DNA of 64,000 bases, from positions 1,364,860-1,428,859 of the forward strand of contig OZ316893.1 in the NCBI GenBank assembly GCA_973895155.1. Direction: 5' to 3'. Source of the DNA: Marsupella aquatica (Eukaryota; Plantae; Marchantiophyta). This document shows positions 23,121 through 35,198 of the stretch, piece by piece. A program made the translations under genes and the position numbers. A model generated the notes under the pieces. It searched no databases. It worked only from the letters and a program-made list of their open reading frames with translations, and was not told where the DNA came from. How positions within the stretch are numbered: position 1 is the first letter of the stretch; each line of letters starts with the position of its first letter.

Positions 23121-23150
23121 CCCCGCCAAACAGCACCCCGCCAAACAGCA
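23121..23150. repeat. Subterminal 15-bp direct repeat in element 2
   Basis: CCCCGCCAAACAGCA occurs twice, about 40 bp inside the TIR. Confidence 0.7.
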
Positions 23151-25167
23151 CCGGATGGCAGCCTGCTTGCCCTCAACCGATGCGGATGCTCTTACCTGCT
23201 CATGAGCCACATAACCCTTGTGCCAACCTGGCCTGAGGACTATTAAATTTGAATGAGAATATATGTAAGGTATAGATGAGAACTAGTGGGGGATTATAAA
23301 ATTTGAATGATAATATAAGTATGACGTAGGTGACAACCAGCTGCAGACAGAAGCTTTGCAATGTAAAAGGGAGATGACTATTTCAGATTTCTCTTGGGAC
23401 TTATGCTAGGTAACTCATCTCCACTTGATGATAATGGGCTGTAACCCCCTTGGACTCACCCTACCTTGGGGATTACATCCCATTGTCTCCTCTTTGGGAT
23501 GGGTTACACATTATGTGGTGAGTGCTAAAACATGGCATTGTGCATATATGGGTAAAAGTCACAGTGCAATGCCCCCCATGCTCAGTGAACATTCTAGTGA
23601 CTCCCAACCACCTTGGATTGTACACCCTGCCTTAAACTTGACTCTAAGCAGGGTTTCCTTTTGGCTTGTGGGCAGGTGGCATCTATGGCAAGTAGAGAAG
23701 CCTCCGCATAGCAAACATGTTGTGCTTGACTTGTACAATCACATTATGACCATTAGATCCATGTTTGATCAGATCTGGCCAGTTGATTTTACCTATTAAT
23801 TCATTAATTTTTTTTGAAATTCTCTTTTGCATGATTCACAAAAGCCCATACACATGGTAGCAAATGTACAAAAAATTGCACAAAAAAGAAACACCACTCC
23901 CCACCCCCATAAGAGCAATTTCTACAATATGGAGAAATGCCAGGCACTAATCAGAAAGCATAAGTAGATGGAATTGTGTGCCTCACTACAATTGTTCATG
24001 TACACACATCGAGGGTTTGCCACATGTTTGACCTGTTTGCACTTGGCAAAAGTGCAGAAAAAGTGCTAACTCCACAGAAAAAATAAAAAAATAGGGAGTC
24101 TTAGAGCCTCAAATTTGATGAACCTTTAAGTTAGTAGTTTTTTTTCCTTATTTTTTTTCAAAGTGATCCCGAAAGAAGGGGAACTACCGCCCAGGAGGAA
24201 CCTTAAGTGAGTAGTAAACTTTACGTACATGAAAAACTAATGTACTACCAAATTCATGATTCATAACTTTTTGCTATAAAGATTGGTCATATGTCACTAC
24301 CATAAGTCCTGTAAAGGCTAATGAGAAAGAAAAAAACTTTTACATAATCCTGTGGAAAAGCTATGATCATTTCTTTATGGTCAAAAGCTATCATCAGCAA
24401 CTTTGAAGCTTTGAGGCACACTAATGGGAAGCCTGGTAAATAGCCCAGGTGTGCAACGAGAGACTAATGTGCCGAAAGATTGTGGCCACGATCGTGAGGG
24501 AACTGCCAGCAAGTCATTCAGGAGGAAACCGTGTCCAAAAGGTTGCATGATAGAGCAAGTTTTTAATAGTATCCTAATATGGTAACCAGTCAACGAAATC
24601 TAAAGTACTATTTCTATTATGCTTTCCATCGAACGTCATCACCATATCAGCCTCCACTATAGCTACATTTTTCACTGGACCTACCAAAGAGGACCGGGTC
24701 TATCAGGGATCCGGGGCAGGGTAATTCTCCATGTTTTGTTTATTAAAACCAAGGTGGCAAAATGTCAACTTGCGCTATGAAGATGCTCTGCATGTTTTTT
24801 GACTAATTTTTTTTTGGTATGATTTCTATCTTTCTAAATCAAATCGATGAATGTATAAGAGGTGGATTCTGGCTAGGGTTTGTGGCGGGGTGGAAGTTGG
24901 CTTATCCAACACAAAACAAAAAGCTTGGGCTCACTTTAGGCAAATACATTTCAGTTTGGTTGAAATTGCCTAGATTTTGCCACCTGAAAATACCTGGTTT
25001 CCGGCACCCCCTTCGTGCCACGAGGAGGATAGTACTCCTGTGACTAATAGCAATAAATAAACCAGGCCCCGGACCAAGGGGGTTGATCACAAAGACTGAA
25101 CTGAATTACATTTCCACTAAATATGCTAAGTCGATTACATTACTTTGAGGATGAAAGTCATCTTTTA

Positions 25168-25511
25168 TGTTAGGTATTTACTCTAAGGTCTAGAGTCACG
25201 ACTGTTACCGTAGTTAGGGTTAACCTTAGTCGTAGACTTGGTTAGGTTAACCATGCTGCACAATATATTGACAAGCTGGTTTGCTTGGATAGGGAGAACT
25301 TAGGCTCATTGTTACTGAGCCAGTTGAGAGATAGGGAGATTCTGTATTACAAAGACTTGATATGGCTGACAGACATAAAGTGCAATAAAGCTCTTGTGTG
25401 TTCCTGTGGACGTAACCCCAGTTGAGGTGAATCACATATCTCTATGTGTCAACTGTTTGTGCATTTGATGGTTCATGGGCTTGTTGTTGTGGATGTCATT
25501 TTTGCTCAACA
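25168..25511 (+). mobile_element. Solo LTR (344 bp), probably Ty1/Copia type
   Basis: TG...CA termini (TGTTAG...CTCAACA) and a 5-bp TSD TTTTA on both sides. Contains GTGTTCCTGTGGACGTA...GGTGAATCAC. Homologous along its full length to 43757-44112. Confidence 0.85.
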
Positions 25512-26152
25512 TTTTAGATTGAGTTTTAGACATGCCTGTGAAATTTTAGAAAAAGATAACAATTACAATAGGAAGAGCATTTATTGTAGCACCATGCGCA
25601 CATGCAAAAGTAATATAAATTTGAATTCAATGACATCTGATTTTTGATTTGCTAAAAGAAATAAGAATCCTAAATGTGTCGAAAACACTAACCTCAACAC
25701 TAAAGTATCCACTACCTAAGCTCAGATAAATCATAAAAAATCAAGTTTTTTTCTCCTCTCATCATCAATATTTTGTTGAGGTATCAACATAACAACATCT
25801 AAAGGATGAACAAGCTCATAGGCAACATACTTTTCAAATACTACATTATACAATTTTTTTGGTACGTGATCCCGAGACATAATTTAGGTCAATTGCAAAC
25901 TCACAACTGCTCAAGTCAAACACTACTTTTTTAAAGAATTGCGCCATATGAATTGTAATAGCATCAGCAAGAATATGTCTCTTTCTCCCACGTGGTCACA
26001 AATGGGCATTCCATTTGTAGCATGCAAATATGTAGGGTCTTTATAAGTTTTTACACCTACAAAAGTGATATCTGACAAATTATTGGTGACATATGAAGGA
26101 TCCAATCATACAAGATCCCTCTATTTCCATTTACAGGATTTTCTTCACCCAA

Positions 26153-26240
26153 AGATTTTGGGTCAACATGACATTGGATGGATATACAATACATATGAGA
26201 TTTTGGGTCAACATGACATTGGATGGATATACAATACATA
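26153..26240. repeat. 45-bp-period tandem duplication
   Basis: AGATTTTGGGTCAACATGACATTGGATGGATATACAATACATA occurs twice. Confidence 0.85.
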
Positions 26241-27494
26241 CGATCTCAGTACATATTTTGAGAGTCTTTAACAAGTGAAACGTGAGATCTGGTATAGGAG
26301 ATACAGAAAATACCATATATTCTCTAAGATGAGTGTGAAATCTTGTGGCTGTTAGATCTATGGTCCAATCTGGACACTCACATATTGTCAAATTAAATGC
26401 AAGGCCCTGCTATATTGGCAAATGAAATGCAAACACTTAAAAAGAGATTCGAGTGTATCATTTGCAGCTAGTCTCACGGTTGTCTACTTGGCAATTATTT
26501 GGTAATAAAATTCTCTTTGCCAAGGCAGGTTACAAGCAGTTTCCCCTGCAAAGGAGATGGCATCAATCGAGCATAACTGCTATGAGTGAATATTGGAAAA
26601 CTATTCTTTGCGCCAGAGATTTGAAATAGGGAATCCCCTGACCAGACTACGAGGGTTTTATGGCCCACAGCCTTGTATGAAAATACAAAGGAATATCCAA
26701 ATAGAAGGTTTAGGGAGTGACAGATAGCCACTTTTCCTTTTCTGCCTAAAGCGAGACTTGACAAGTTGATTCTCTGATGGACCACAACATTTGACATCCA
26801 AAATGCTGACCATTTATACAAAGAAAATGTATTATTTCAATAAAAACTCCATGCTTGAGTTGGTCGGTTCAGGTTGGAGCAGTCTCAGGGGCCTCACGCA
26901 TACTCTAAGGGGGGTCCCATATCACGCACAAATACATAAAGTTTTTTTAAGTGATTTTACCTCTAACTGTTGGGAATATTCTTGGAATCTTTTTATACTT
27001 GCATTAAAAATTTCCTATGATTATTATAATTCTCAAAATTGGCTTAAAACACTCCTAACGTTCTTCCACAACATTTTAAAAGTCTTTCACTAAACCCAAT
27101 TAAAAACCCTACACCAATTTGCACGTGATGCGTCGGAAGAAAAGAAGAGAGGGCCCCGGGGAAGCAATCCATCTTAGCACCTTGCGAGAGACTATCAGGT
27201 TTGCGCATGCAATGTGCATAAACATCATATTTGTACTTTTCATGCAAGTTGTAGAGCAATTACATAAGTAAAGTCTCTAGATTTCATTTCTTTTCTTCAA
27301 AACAATGTAAAACAATGATACATCAGTTTTTACGTCAAAATGATTGGGAAGTGCATAGTTATTTTTTCAGGATATCACAAACACTACCTCAAATTTTTTC
27401 ATAGGGACTGAATTTTTCAGTGTTATTTATTGTGCAAACCTGGTTGTCTGTATGGTATAGACGCTTCAGTTTCAGGCCTTGTGGTGCTCAATCA

Positions 27495-27760
27495 CCTCAT
27501 CCACCAATAAGACACATGGGCCAGCTCTTTCCTCAATCTTCTAGTCTATTTCAATAAAAGGTTCAGTGTTACAGTAGGTGTTGAACTAAACTTTTACACC
27601 ATCTAGCATATTGATTCTGGTAATATTGACCGTTTTCAACAACTTCATCCACCAATGAGGGTATGGGCCAGCTCAACTTTCCTCAACATTCTAAACTATC
27701 TCAATAAAAGCTTGGGTTGTTGCCGTAGGTGTTAACTTGACTTTTGCATCTATCTAGCGT
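27495..27760. repeat. Diverged tandem duplication (about 125-150 bp unit)
   Basis: CATCCACCAAT..ATGGGCCAGCTC..TCAATAAAAG..GTAGGTGTT..CTTTT..ATCTAGC occurs twice. Confidence 0.65.
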
Positions 27761-28787
27761 ACTTGTAGTGCTTTTGCAAGCTTTTTATTTATAGGAAGTT
27801 GCACATACAGTGCACCGCTCTTTCGCCGCTCTTTCACTCAGCCTGGGGTGATAGCCTAACGTGGTTCTATGTTTAACTCAAAACTTTTACACATGATAAT
27901 AAGGGTGGTTAAGGGTGGTTCCCCAATAGTGAGATCCTCAAGTGGGGCATGTAGATTGAGCAACAGTAAGGGGTTTAGGGTTTATGACAAAGAGTCTTTT
28001 TCCCAAAGGAACACACTCCTATTGTTGGCTTTGCATCAAGTGTCCATCTTAGTCTTCTTTTTATCAAATATACATCTTTGGGTTGCTCATTATTTGTTGT
28101 TGTTTTTGAAGGGGTGTTCTCATGGAGTGGGAATTGACAAAGGGAGAATCACACTCTACTCCTAGTGGCTGGAGCCACGTTAAGGCATAGTGGACCCAGG
28201 TCCTTAGTGGAGTATAATGCAAATTGTCTCTCTGTCCTGCCCCTAGTTGTCTTACAACACCCAGTTGCTTTGTTGCCCTCCATTTGGTGGAATTCCGAGA
28301 AGGGAATCAAATGACATGTGGTCCAGTAACAAAGGCCATTGCTTAATCTTCTAATGTTTGTTTTAATTGACACCCCTCAACTTAAATATGAAGAACTGGT
28401 ATAGATAAATAAAGTTTAATATAATTAAGGGATAGGTCCATGTCACAAAACAAATTCACATACCAATTAACTTACTATTAATCTTACTATTAAAGCGCCA
28501 ACTCAAGTCTACTTTTCTTTATTATAGTGACATTTTTCTTTGACCATGATATGGGCCTGAATGTGTCATTGTACACCTCTGCCGTGCTCAACCTTGTCCC
28601 TCTCTTCATAGCTTGCACATATTTTGAAATCAGGTTGCCAGGCCAATTGGTGGCCTCCCCATTGTGTGTGAGTGCCTGGCCATGTATTAATAGAGCGCAA
28701 ATTGACACTAGAATAAGGGCATACTGCCTTGAGTGATGTCCATGACTCTTGGGCACAGTTGGAAACTGGCATCGGTACTCACCATCT

Positions 28788-29110
28788 TACTTATAAAGCG
28801 CCAACTACAAACTAGAGTTGGGGTCTAGGCTCCTAGAGTGAAGCCTCTAGACCTTAACTCCATGGCTCATCATATGGATGAGAAAACTCATGACTATGAT
28901 GTTTATCCAATGATAATCATGCATGCTTTTTGTGATGATTTCTATTTATCTTATAAAGCGCCAACTAAAAGCTAGAGTTGGGGTCTAGGCTTGTAGAGTG
29001 AAGCTTCTAGATAATAATTAAGTCCATGGCTCATCATGTGGATGAGAAAACTCATGACTATGATGTACGTCAAATGATAATCATGCATGCCTTCTGTCAT
29101 GATTTCTATT
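28788..29110. repeat. Tandem repeat of about 160 bp x2, with a partial copy near 28490
   Basis: TTATAAAGCGCCAACT..CTAGAGTTGGGGTCTAGGCT..CCATGGCTCATCAT.TGGATGAGAAAACTCATGACTATGATGT is repeated. Confidence 0.75.
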
Positions 29111-29379
29111 TCCATTAAAAATGAGCTCGGGCCCATCATAACATATGTGCATAGAAAGAGGGATGTGCATAGAAAAGAGTATGATATGTTATGTATGATT
29201 ATTAAAATGATGAGATGCATGATTAATTTTTTATAATTTCATTAACATTCAAAAAATGTGAACAAAAAAATATATATTTTGGTGACACTTTTATTGTCCT
29301 CCCTGCTATTCTCGTTCAAAGAACGTGTAGTCGGAGCTAGTGTTGTCAAAGCAAAGCACCAGCATTCAGGCTACTCCGA

Positions 29380-30350
29380 CATGCTCAATAACACTTATAC
29401 TTAAGATTAATCATTATGGACAATTTACTCTCACTCTTGCTCCATAGCAATTATGCTAACATTACTTATTACAGCTTTTAACTACATTGTCCCTAAAGAT
29501 GCTCTAATTACAATACTGTCACTATTTTTTTTGGATTTACAAATATATCACAGTTTCTGTATATTCTCACCTTAGTTACTTTGTTAAACTTGTCATCGTC
29601 AAACTGTGACATATTTGTAAATACCAAAACAACCATGGCATTATTATCAATTTGAATATCTTTAGTGGAAAAATAATTAAAAGTTGTTAATTATTATTGA
29701 CAATTTACTCTCCCTTATGCTCAATAACACTTTTACTTAATCACTTACTACTGACAATTGCTGGGCATTCACTTTAGTCTCATTTATGCTCAATAACACT
29801 TGGCATTCAGTGTAGTCTCACTTATGCTTAATAACACTTTTACTTAAAGATAATTTACTCTTGACAATTCACAAGGCATTCATTGTAATCTCACTTATGC
29901 TCAATAACACTTTTATTTAACCATCATTTACTGCTGACAATTCACTGGGCATTCAGTGTAACCTCACTTATGGTCAATAACACTTACTTATTAAGATCAT
30001 TCCGTTCCACAATTCACTTAGGCTCTATAGCCAGAGAGATACTTGATAGACCCCCAAAATGCAAAGTGTTACTTGATGGACCATGAGTGGTCTAGTTCCT
30101 TTTGACAATTCACTTAGGCTCTATAGCCAGAGATAAACTTGATGACCCCCAAAATGCAACCTGTTACTTGATGGACCCATGAGTGATCTAGACCGTCGAT
30201 GGATCTCAAATCAATGTACGCAAAAGCTCATGGGGTCTAGTGGGGTCTATCAACTAATACTTTTCAATTTAGGGGTCCATCTAAAGCCCAATAACATTTA
30301 TAGTTAAAGATCATTTCTATTGACAAAATACACTTATGCTCCGTAACACT
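29380..30350. repeat. Degenerate AT-rich minisatellite (about 70-bp unit) followed by a roughly 95-bp duplication
   Basis: Many copies of TTATGCTCAATAACACTT / GACAATT / GGCATTCA.TGTA.TCTCAC. ACAATTCACTTAGGCTCTATAGCCAGAGA..CCCCAAAATGCAA..TGTTACTTGATGGACC occurs twice at about 30009 and 30104. Confidence 0.7.
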
Positions 30351-30627
30351 TACTGTCAACGGGGTCAGTTACTGTCACCAACACTCTGCAATGCACATCA
30401 CTTACTATCGAAGACGATACTCTGAAATGCACCGGGCAGAGTACTAGAGTTCAGTAATTCAGCTCAGCTCAATTACTGCACTGTCGCTGCTCGATCAATT
30501 CTTGGACCGTGAAGGCCAATTGCGGTTCTGGTGCTGCTGGATCAATCCTTCGACCTTGAAGGCCACAGAGGTGAGAAATGGGAGATTTGCGCAATTTTTT
30601 TTTGTTGTTGTGATTTTTTGAGGGACA

Positions 30628-30910
30628 CGAATGCGGATTTGGGTTTGGAAGGCAGATAGAAAGAGTTTGAACAATTAGAAAGGACGCAGATTGGAATTGG
30701 AAGATAGATAAAGTGAGTTTGAACACATAGGAAGGATCGAGTAGACGAGGAGAAAGGAGAAAGGATAAAGTAGGTCGAATGCGGATTTGGGTTTGGAAGG
30801 GAGATAGAATGAGTTTGAACAATTAGAAAGGACGCAGATTGGAATTGGAAGATAGATAAAGTGAGTTTGAACACATAGGAAGGATCGAGTAGACGAGGAG
30901 AAAGGATAAG
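30628..30910. repeat. Near-perfect tandem duplication of about 148 bp upstream of NDUFS4
   Basis: CGAATGCGGATTTGGGTTTGGAAGG..AGTTTGAACAATTAGAAAGGACGCAGATTGGAATTGG..GATCGAGTAGACGAGGAGAAAGGA occurs twice. Confidence 0.85.
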
Positions 30911-31264
30911 GATAAAGTAGGTCCCTCGGTAGATTTCGAGCTGGATCGATCTTTCGGCCCTGAAGGATAGAGGTGATTGATTCCAGTACTCACTTCATGT
31001 GGTTGAGGCTTTGTACGCTCCAAGAAAGAGGAAGCAAGGCGAGGAAGGAAGCGTGAATTAAGCTTAGCTGGGCTGTTGCGTAACTGGATCGATTCCTCCC
31101 GTGTGAAGGACTGAGGTGATTACGTACTGCTTCGACGGGTTTCTAACAGCACTAAGGGCTACAGGAAGAAGGAAGGGTAATTAGGGTTAGGGTTGTGGCC
31201 ATCTGTCTGATCTTATTTGTTTCATTGCCTGTCTGTCGATTCCAGCTGACGGATCTGATCATCC

Positions 31265-32839
31265 ATGGCTGGTCGGCGAGCGCTCTCCATCCTGCCTTCA
31301 GCGCTGCGCCTGCGGGGCCTCACGTCCGTGGCCTTCCAGCCCGCGGAGCTTCAAGGTGTGTACAATTTTGGGGCCTCTTCTGGTAATGTACGTCCGGGGG
31401 AGATTGGCGAAGTTTCTGGCGTTCCCGAAGACCATTTGCGTCGGAAGGTATGTGAGGAGTCGAGGGACTTACTGATGGACCTATCTCTACTTCATTGTCT
31501 CGGATAGGCAAATCCAGAGTCTTATCCTGGTTAATTTCGCAGGAGATTTGATCTAGCAGCAAAACTGCTTTTCTGTAGGAACCTTTGAGCTGTATTCGAT
31601 CCCAATTGCTTGATGTGTGAAATTTTTAGGGCAACTTTTGAGGTAAAACGTAGTTTGTCATCATTTTTCAGGTGGTCATATATTCTCCTGCGCGTGTAGC
31701 TTCACAGCAAGGATCTGGTAACACTGGAAACTGGAAAATCAGCTTTGAGTCTACTCAAAAGTAAGGAGGATGTGGATGCTTTATCATTTGCAAAGGCTCT
31801 TCTGAAAGCTGAGGGAGGCCCTCTTGTTGACTTTGCATATCGTTCGAAAACTTTCACCTCTTTTGTCTCATGAGTCTCCCCATGGATGTTATGCTCCAAT
31901 AGGATTAGTTGCTCTGGACATCGGTCTCGTTGGAGTTGGTTGCAAATGCTTTGCCGATTTTTTGCAGCGTATCAACTAGATTGATGTTACCTTGTAGATG
32001 GGAGAACCCATTAATGGGATGGACATCAACTGGTGATCCGTATTCTTCAGTTGGAGAGGCCTCTCTCTTTTTCGACACAAAGGAAGCGGCAATGGAGTTC
32101 GCCAGCAAGTATGGTTGGGAGTTCACGGTAGTTTACGACCCCATAGTCGGTCTCCTGTAATATGTCTCACTAGCAGCCCACAGAACGCCTTGTAGGCGCG
32201 AGAAATGTGTGCTGGTTAACTTTCTACCTTTCCTGCAATGGTGCACCAGCCGTCAGTTTATTTCACTGCTAGGTGCCAGTGTGTCAAGAGTGTAATATGC
32301 CTTAGTGTGTAGGTCACAGCAAGTGAGCGAGCACTAGTTGATACCCAGTTGTTACATTGATACAATACATGTTATGTGCTTTATCAATGACAAATCATAC
32401 GTTGGCTTGTTGTGACAGGTTCAGGAGCCTCATCAGAAGGCAATAAGGGTACTCGACTGTCCTTCCTCAACTCGCACTACTAAGTCTTTAAGTCCTTTAA
32501 ATCTCTGCTAATCTGGGGAAAGCCAAGGATGAGGTGCATTGGATCAAAATGAGCAATGCAGGGTATCGCAGAGTGAGGAAACCTAAGTACTGCTTAAAAT
32601 CCTGCTTGCATATCCTTTCTGGGTTGTTCCTGCGTAGTTGGCGATTCCTTTTTCGTTCACAGTAGATGAAAATCGGTGATTATCATTTTCTTCGGGAACA
32701 ATGTCTTGAACGTTGTCAATAGTTTGAGGGAATGTGAAAATCATCTCGTGGTTTTGGTTGACTAATTCTTGATTCATGAATGCAGACCAAAGCTTACGCA
32801 GACAATTTCAAATGGAAGGGCCCAGTAGCGGAAGAATGA
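31265..32839 (+). CDS. NDUFS4: Mitochondrial complex I Fe-S subunit 4 (NDUFS4, plant FROSTBITE1-like), 161 aa; exons 31265-31447, 31672-31760, 31998-32127, 32419-32448, 32786-32839
   Basis: R/S/L-rich presequence, followed by [82 protein letters not shown] introns are in phase. Confidence 0.93.
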
Positions 32840-34549
32840 ATTGAGCGTTTCAATCAGGTTGCGCTGTCTCACGAAGTTTGCATTCGTTTGTTTCAGTTTG
32901 TGACATTCACACAATTCTTTGAGGGGCCTGTGTCCAATGCCCTGTTTGGTGGTGCGACGTGGCAAATTGACCCGTTTTGCAACAAGGTGAACTTGCGATA
33001 TAACTTTTACAGATGTGTTTGCAAGTATCTGGATTGCATATCTTATGCTGAGATTCTTCCAGAGCTTTATCACTTGCCACTGATTGACAAGGCGCTGTGC
33101 ATCAAGTGCAGTAGCCTCAATGTACAGTGGACAAATTGAACCAACCGAGAAGAGGGATTGTCATCTACCGCTTCCATCATATCATTTGTTCCGTTATAAA
33201 TCTGGAGGTTGCGGGCTTTTGTGGCTCCTCTTGTAAGTTGTTTCGGCTCTGTTCCTGGGTAGATATTTGATAGTGGGGTGTTTATCGTGTTCCTCGTTTA
33301 CTTGTGACTGCATCCGGGTGACTGGGCATCCTTCGGGCATGCTCGGAAGTGAAGACCTTTGGAATTACTTTCCCTGCTGCAAAAAGCAGATCCTCAATAC
33401 TGTCCCAAGCTTGGAACTGGCAGACAAACAACAGAAACCTTCACACTGCAAGTCAGGCTTGGGTGCTCAATCCATTGCTTGTGCTGTCATTTTTGTTTTA
33501 TGGTTTCATATCCTCTGAGGCTTTGCGACACTCATTTGCACTCAAGGTTTCTTGTTTATGGGATTTAAGAACTTTTCAATTTCCGTCGAATAATATTACC
33601 ACCTCCTGAGTGTCTTTATTATAAAGACAGCTGACGACCGGAAAATTTATGTATGTAGTTCCACTGATAAGTTTCAAAATCTTATATGCTCTTCATTTTA
33701 ATGTGGAGGACTGTAAGAATGAGTGCTTCCGTATTAGTACGGAAGTAGGAGATTGTGACTTCCTTACGGAGGCTCGCATGAAACAACCGTGAAGGAAATA
33801 TCTCAAATGAATTGTCCAGAGTACTTTGGTCCATCGGAGTTCTCAAAGGTGAAACTTACCAGTCCATTTGAGCATCAACTTCATAATTTACTCAATGCTT
33901 CAGGGTAACTTATGAAGAAAAGGGAGTTTGGAAATCTTCATGAATTTGCTCATCAATTTCCATCTTCAAGTCTGCAGAGGTTGCCATCATTGGAACTGGA
34001 CTCACATAATTTTCAAGCTGAGTTGATTTCCTTGTTGGCTCTGTAATCTCCACAGACGATTCTGTCACACATGCAATATAAAATCATTGATCAGATTCCA
34101 TACAAAACTAAATCAACTAAGAAAATTGTAAATCACAACACGAAATTGCCTTTACCATCTTCTCCTTACGTTATACTGAGAAGTCTCACAGAAAACTGTA
34201 AATCACAACACTTTGACAAATATGTCTCTCCCTTGCCCACGATTTTGTGATTGGTGGATATCATTTTTTCCCAATACTCTTCCCGAAACTCTTGTGTTTC
34301 ATTTGAACACCAGTTTTTGAAACTACTTCCTCACTAGAACACCTTTGGGCCCAGACCTGCACTTCTACTGTGTGGTCATAACTGGAATAAGACTGTTACG
34401 TCACGTTTTTGTACAACTTTTTGTGCCTCTTTTTGTCCACAAGCTGTTCTTCCTGACTTGTTAATCAGAGCATCAATCTTTGGCCTGCACTCAAGGATCT
34501 TACTATGGATCTCCTAAATAGAACCATCTTTGGCAGAAACTACTTGTGT

Positions 34550-34610
34550 GGTGTTCCAAGTATAAATATGGTGTTCCAAGTATAAATATGGTGTTCCAAG
34601 TATGAATATG
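34550..34610. repeat. 20-bp tandem repeat x3
   Basis: GGTGTTCCAAGTATAAATAT three times, the last with one change. Confidence 0.85.
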
Positions 34611-34677
34611 AAAATGTTTATGCACCAGGTGAATAAGGACAGGCTGGAAACAGGCAGTTGTTGGCTAAGACTCCAAT

Positions 34678-35198
34678 GTCGGTACATTATCATAGTAATG
34701 CTTTCTAATAAGTAGAAAGTGCTCCTCCTGTTACTTCAGGAAACATGATAATTCTTAGAAAGTTGCTCATCGTATCTTATAGAGCAGACAACATCCCACT
34801 TTCCAAACTCAAACTGTGTCTTGCAAGGTCGGTATCATAATAATGCTTTCTAATAAGTAGAAAGTGCTCCTCCTGTTACTTAGGAAACATGATAATTCTT
34901 GGAAAGTTGCTCATCGTATCTTATAGAGCAGACAACATCCCACTTTCCAAACTCAAATTGTGTCTTGCAAGGTTGGTATCATAATAATGCTTTCTAATAA
35001 GTAGAAAGTGCACAACATCCCACTTTCCAAACTCAAACTGTGTCTTGCAAGGTTGGTATCATAATAATGCTTTCTAATAAGTAGAAAGTGCTCCTCCTGT
35101 TACTTCAGGAAACATGATAATTCTTGGAAAGTTGCTCATCGTATCTTATAGAGCATACATCATCCCACTTTCCAAACTCAAACTGTGTCTTGCAAGGT
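34678..35198. repeat. Tandem repeat of about 150 bp, roughly 3.5 copies (one internally deleted)
   Basis: TAATGCTTTCTAATAAGTAGAAAGTGC..GGAAACATGATAATTCTT..CATCCCACTTTCCAAACTCAAA.TGTGTCTTGCAAGGT is repeated. Confidence 0.85.

Larger units (their letters stand above)
19640..23191. mobile_element. Full-length Pong-like PIF/Harbinger DNA transposon (element 2, 3552 bp) with a frameshifted transposase
   Basis: TIR GAGCATCCGCA (11 bp perfect, 14/16 extended) at 19640 and ending at 23191. TTA TSD at 19637-19639 and 23192-23194. ORF1 (+) and transposase (-) are convergent. Confidence 0.93.

Noticed and set aside
31181-31194. TTAGGGTTAGGGTT as an interstitial telomere
   Set aside because: Only two units. 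At best a telo-box-like promoter element upstream of NDUFS4.
34550-35198. Repeat arrays as a CRISPR-like locus (also 29380-30350)
   Set aside because: The units are directly tandem without unique equal-length spacers, there are no cas genes, and the context is eukaryotic.
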